Shown here in pieces: positions 59,331-64,000 of a stretch of 64,000 nucleotides of DNA (position 1 is its first letter; every line of letters starts with the position of its first letter). Source of the stretch: Squalus acanthias (lineage: Eukaryota); contig CM059433.1 in NCBI GenBank assembly GCA_030390025.1, forward strand, positions 27,468,001 to 27,532,000, read 5' to 3'. The position numbers were made by a program, and so were the translations under genes. Under the pieces are notes generated by a model that made no database searches, was not told the DNA's origin, and was given only the letters and a program-made list of their open reading frames with translations.

Positions 59331-61245
59331 GCTCCTCCTGGCTCCACATTAAAACTCTGGGTTATTGCCACCTACTGCTTGCCACCCCTTCTGATTGCCT
59401 TCCCCTTCTTGGACTTACCTTAGGCCCTCCGGCCCATCTTGCTCCCACCCGTGACCGGCGAGCTGTCTCTGCGGCCTCGACATGGTACAATCCTAATGAA
59501 GTCAGCAGACCAATTTGCCGTGGTCCTGCCACTCATTATGCGCATGCAGCGTGCGCTGCACCAGGATCGTGTCCTGTTCCAGGCGTCATCAAAGTTCCAG
59601 GCCACTAAGTGAAAAGGAGCACTTCCTCTGATAATGTGTGGAAAACAATTAGAGGTTGAATCAGCATTGCCCTTGTGCTCCTCTTAGCAGCTGGTTCAAT
59701 AGCAGCATAAAAGCCTGAGAATAGATTAATGTCCTGCTGTCTCAGTCAGGAATAGTACATGATGTTGAGGGATCCTAGACAATGGGTGAAAATAAAATAA
59801 AAAATAGGGTGGAGGAATGAATAAAAAGGAAAGAGTGAGCATTTTTTGAAAACTAAGAAGGAAATCCAATATCCATAGGGTTCAAATCTACTTAAGCCAG
59901 GAAATAAAATCATTTGTTAATGAAGATGATTTATAATTAGAGACATGGCAACAATTTTAATTAGAAATGCACAATAACAGATATCTTGACTTTTACATAG
60001 CTAACAGAGTCATAATGATTTATAACTCAAGAGCAGAGTCCATTCCCCATGTGTTAAATAATCATGGATTATGCCAAAATGTGTAGTTGGAAGCAGGAAG
60101 GAGTTCTGAATTGAATTTAAAATTGGAACTGGGCTGATGCAAATAAAATTTGAAAGGATCAAATATTTGGCCTGAGCAGAATACTTTATTGTCTACCCTG
60201 CCTGCTTGCATTATCATATTGGCAGAAACACATCAAGGATCCTGGCGTCTTGTTTTTTCTATGTGACCATCTGATGTCAGCAACAGAAGACAAGAGCATG
60301 TAAGTTGCTTCTGTAACAATATACGGTATGATTTTTGATTGCCATATCAGTGCATTATTTGTATGCTAATATCACACACAGTAATTTATAGGTTATATTT
60401 TCAGTGTGACTGATTGTCACATTTCTGCAGTGGTCTACTCCATCTAAGCTACTTAACAAACTAAAGAACTACATATTGAAACTAGCCAATTTTTGCAGTG
60501 GTCTAGTGGTTATATGTCCAAGGAACCCATTTTCTTGGCAATTCGTGAAAGATCTGTGTATCCAAATGATGTTTTTGGTTGTTGATTCTTAGGTGCAAAT
60601 CCAGAGTATCATCGCTCAATAGCTTAGGAAGGTTTTCTTCCTCTCACCCTCTCACACATTGTGAATGATCACCCACTGCCCCGTCAATCATAGGGATTAT
60701 TAAGACTACTAAATTTAAGAAGCTGGGAATCCAATTCCAAACTCAAATACACATTCCTAATTGGAAGCTTTGTAGTATTGGCAATTTGTTACTGGCATTG
60801 TCAAATCCCATTTTAAACTGTTTATATCATTCTTAGGATTCCTTTCAATCCAGCATTGAATGATAACGGTATAATGACTTGATTTATTATAGTTTAAAAC
60901 AAATTCACATTCCGCAGATAATCCTCTACTTACAAACTTCATGTTGCAGATTAACTGACTTCTCCAATCAGGACCTAAGCTGTAGTTTGGTTGAAACACT
61001 GACATTTAAGAAATCAACTTTGCGTATTCATACTCAAAACTGAATATCATTACATCTTCCTTCCTTCAAAATAAATACGCACTTGGACTTCTTTTATAAC
61101 CAAGTAGATCCCCTAACTATTTTTCTTTCACATATATTTTTATTCTAATATATTATATACAAATAATACAGAATTGTTTTAATTCCTGAAACTAAAAATT
61201 ATCTATACATTTTTGTCTCTAAAAACTTTAGCATTTTAACATTTC

Positions 61246-61390
61246 TTGGTGCTGCGCTCCTAGTAGGGAACCACACTCAAAGGGAGCACAGGTCAGAGAT
61301 AGGGCTATTACACCATACCACCAATTCTCTGACCTGTGCTCCCTTCCAAGCATGGTTCCTGCTGGGAATGTGGGACCAATAAATTTACCC
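61246..61390. repeat. Imperfect palindrome (hairpin), probably a MITE relic
   Basis: Perfect 20-bp arms AAGGGAGCACAGGTCAGAGA (61280-61299) / TCTCTGACCTGTGCTCCCTT (61326-61345), extended imperfectly outward. Confidence 0.8.
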
Positions 61391-61544
61391 ATTTAATTTT
61401 CTGGATATTTAATCTTACAATTAGATCTTCTTACACCTGGAGTTTCACTTAGTAATGCATTTGGTCACTATCATGAGGCAGTGGGGTGCACTTTACACTC
61501 TCAGCATCCACCTAAAAGTGTTCCTTCATTTACATTCTTGCATT

Positions 61545-63515
61545 CATTCAGCCCACATTATATTCCATCTGCCATGTTCTTGCCCACTCACTTATCCTGT
61601 CGATATCCCTTTGCAGCCTCTTTGTGTCCTCCTCACAACTTACTTTCTCACCTAGCTTTGTATCGTCAGCAAACTTGAATTATATTCTATTTGCCATGTT
61701 CTTGCCCACTCATGCAGCTTGTCTCTATCCCCTTGAAGCCACTTTGTATCCTCCTCACAACTTACATTCCCACCTAGCTTTGTATCATCAGCAAATTTTG
61801 ATATATTACATTTGGTCCCCTCATCCAAATCATTGATATAGATTATGAAGAGCTGAGGCCCAAGCACTGATCCTTGCGGTACCCCATTAGTTACAGCCTG
61901 CCAACGCGAAAATGACCCATTTATTCCTACTCTCTGTTTTCTGTCCATTAATCAATCCTCAATCCATGCTAATATATGACCCCCAATCTGATCAGCCCTA
62001 ATCTTGCGTAATAACCTCTTGTGTGGCACCATATCGAATGCTTTCTGGAAATCCAAATACACTACATCCACTGGTTCCCCTTATCTACCTTGCTAGTTAC
62101 AACCTCAAAAACTCTAACAGATTTGTCAAACATGATTTCCCTTTCTTAAATCCACGTTGACTCTGCCCAATAATAATGGGCCAGAAATTCGGGTCGGAGG
62201 CTTCCCGCGGGTGCAAGCCCCCAACCTGCACTTACATAGCACGCCTGCCGTTGTGCTGTGGACCCGCGTGGGATTCTGATCCTGGGCCTCCTCCAGCTGC
62301 CGGTGTGCAGTGCTTGCGTATCCCAGCGGTGCAGTTAGTTCGAAGCATCCCCTGGGATCACGTGGGCTATAGAGAGCCAATCGGAGCAGGGAATCTCCAT
62401 TCATAGATTTGACAGGAAGACCTGTCAAATCTATGAATAGAGATCGGCCCCAAAACCTAACTAAAACTTCAAATAATTTTTTTTTTTAAATCACATTTTT
62501 AAAATAACTATAAATTACATAAATTAACTATTTTAAACAAAAATTTAAATTTTTGAAAAAATTACTTATAGTTTTTAACGGGGCTAAAAATAAACTTACC
62601 TTTCTTTAAAGTATTTAAAAAAGATAAACCTGTGGAAAAAATGTTTAAATTTTACTTAATTCAACACTTACCTTGTTAAAAGCAGGCCTTGCGCCTGCTT
62701 TTTCAACGCACAGCTGCTAGGGACTTACCCTCACGGAGAAACCTGAAAAAAAAACGGAAGTTCCAGGCGTACGCACTGCCTCTCTGGCGCACGCGTTTTA
62801 CCTCCGAACCCCTTCCTTCAAGGGAACGGAAGTTCCAGTTTCCAGTGCATGCGCAGTGCATGCGCGAAACTGGCACTTTCGTTGGGTCTACGGGTGAGTA
62901 CACTGCGCGTACTCACCCGTGGAGACCCGAATTTCTGGCCCATTATGATTTTCTAAGTGTCCTGTTACCACGTCCCTAATAATAGATTCTAGCATTTTCC
63001 CTACTATAGATGTCAGGTTAACCGGTCTATAGTTCCCTGTTTTCTCTCTCTCTGCTTTCTTGAATAACAGGGTAACATTTGCAATCTTCCAAACCACAGG
63101 GACCATTTTAGAATCTAGGAAATTCTGGAAGATCAAAACCAATGCACTCACTATTTCTATAGCCACCTCTTTTAAAACTCTAGGATGTAGGCCATTAATG
63201 TAGTCCCATTAATTTCTCCAGTACTATTTCTTTACTAATACTAATTTCTTTAAGTTCCTCATTCTCACTAGAACCTTGGTTCTCCACTGTTTCCGGAATG
63301 TTTTTCGTGTCTTCTTCCGTGAAGACAGATACAAAATATTTGCTTAATGTCTCTGCCATTTCTTTATTCCCATTATAATTTCTCCTGTTTCTGCCTGTAA
63401 GGGACCCACGTTTGCCTGCGCTAATCTCTTCCTTTTTACATATCTATAGAAGCTTTTACAATCTGTTTTTATGTCTCTCGCTAGTTTACTCTCATATTAT
63501 ATTTTCTCATTTTCA
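61545..63515 (-). mobile_element. Internal CR1 ORF2 fragment, interrupted by a MITE
   Basis: KQRVGINGSFS..GVPQGSVLGPQLF..KFADDTKLGG; NYRPVNLTSIVGKMLES; no 3' tail seen. Confidence 0.9.
62178..62941. mobile_element. Harbinger-type MITE (764 bp)
   Basis: Perfect 18-bp TIR GGGCCAGAAATTCGGGTC, flanks AAT/ATT, several internal hairpins and an AT-rich core. Confidence 0.92.
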
Positions 63516-64000
63516 ATGTTAGCCAACAATGCATCTTGAATGCAGTTCACTCTAGATTTGGTGCACCATCATGGAAATGAAATGCACTGCACTTTGCCAA
63601 CTAGTCATCCTTTCTAAATGCACAGATGCACTCTGTTTTGGGCACTGTGTGATGTTGTCATATCAATATGTGAACTATGTGACCAATTAGCTATGGCAAG
63701 CAATGAACACACTGCTGCACCAGGAAATTAACGCTGGATGTTTATACATTGCGGAAGGTGGCAGTTGACTTAGCCACTTGGGTTTCACACATGTCTCAGA
63801 TTCCTCTTTTCAGCATTTTTTTAATAACTATTTGAGCAGATTGCACATGACAAGGAGAGACACCAAAGATTCCTTATGATCAGAGGGCCATGGGAATTAT
63901 GGGCATATCACAATAAAGGGAATGGTAAGGATGAAGTCAGAGGCTTCCCCCAAGCTCATGGCTAATAAACCTTGCTCTTCATTCATTATTTCCTTATTCA

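Larger units (their letters stand above)
55699..59340. mobile_element. PIF/Harbinger transposon H10 (same family as H1), in a collagen intron
   Basis: Left end GGGGGAGAAATTCAG at 55699; transposase on +, Myb gene on -. The Myb 5' end is replaced by unrelated sequence after about 59330. Confidence 0.9.

Noticed and set aside
59604..64000. Further upstream collagen exons
   Set aside because: I found no Gly-X-Y reading frame with splice sites. The next exon is probably beyond the window, though a short non-helical exon could have been missed.

Overview
Eukaryotic, repeat-dominated vertebrate DNA, most likely from a shark or ray (inferred from an HE1/V-type SINE and two SacSINE1/Deu-type SINEs). 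The only host gene I can support is the 3' end of a FACIT-type collagen on the minus strand: three exons (55445-55535, 38408-38485, 38076-38323), an 84-bp intron and a ~17-kb transposon-filled intron. Almost everything else is nested mobile DNA. There are about ten PIF/Harbinger DNA transposons or derivatives, each built from a convergent DDE transposase gene and a three-exon Myb/SANT gene. One copy (44361-48650) has an open transposase and a Myb gene broken only by one 8-bp duplication. Also present: several CR1 LINEs (one with an intact 983-aa ORF2), two copies of a second APE-RT LINE family, an L2 fragment, two Penelope-like elements carrying minimal hammerhead-ribozyme motifs (one with a 461-bp inverted repeat), tRNA-derived SINEs, hairpin-rich MITEs and a 45-bp tandem array. 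No CRISPR, rRNA or true tRNA genes were found. All calls come from reading the sequence by eye, and boundaries without a target-site duplication (TSD) are approximate.
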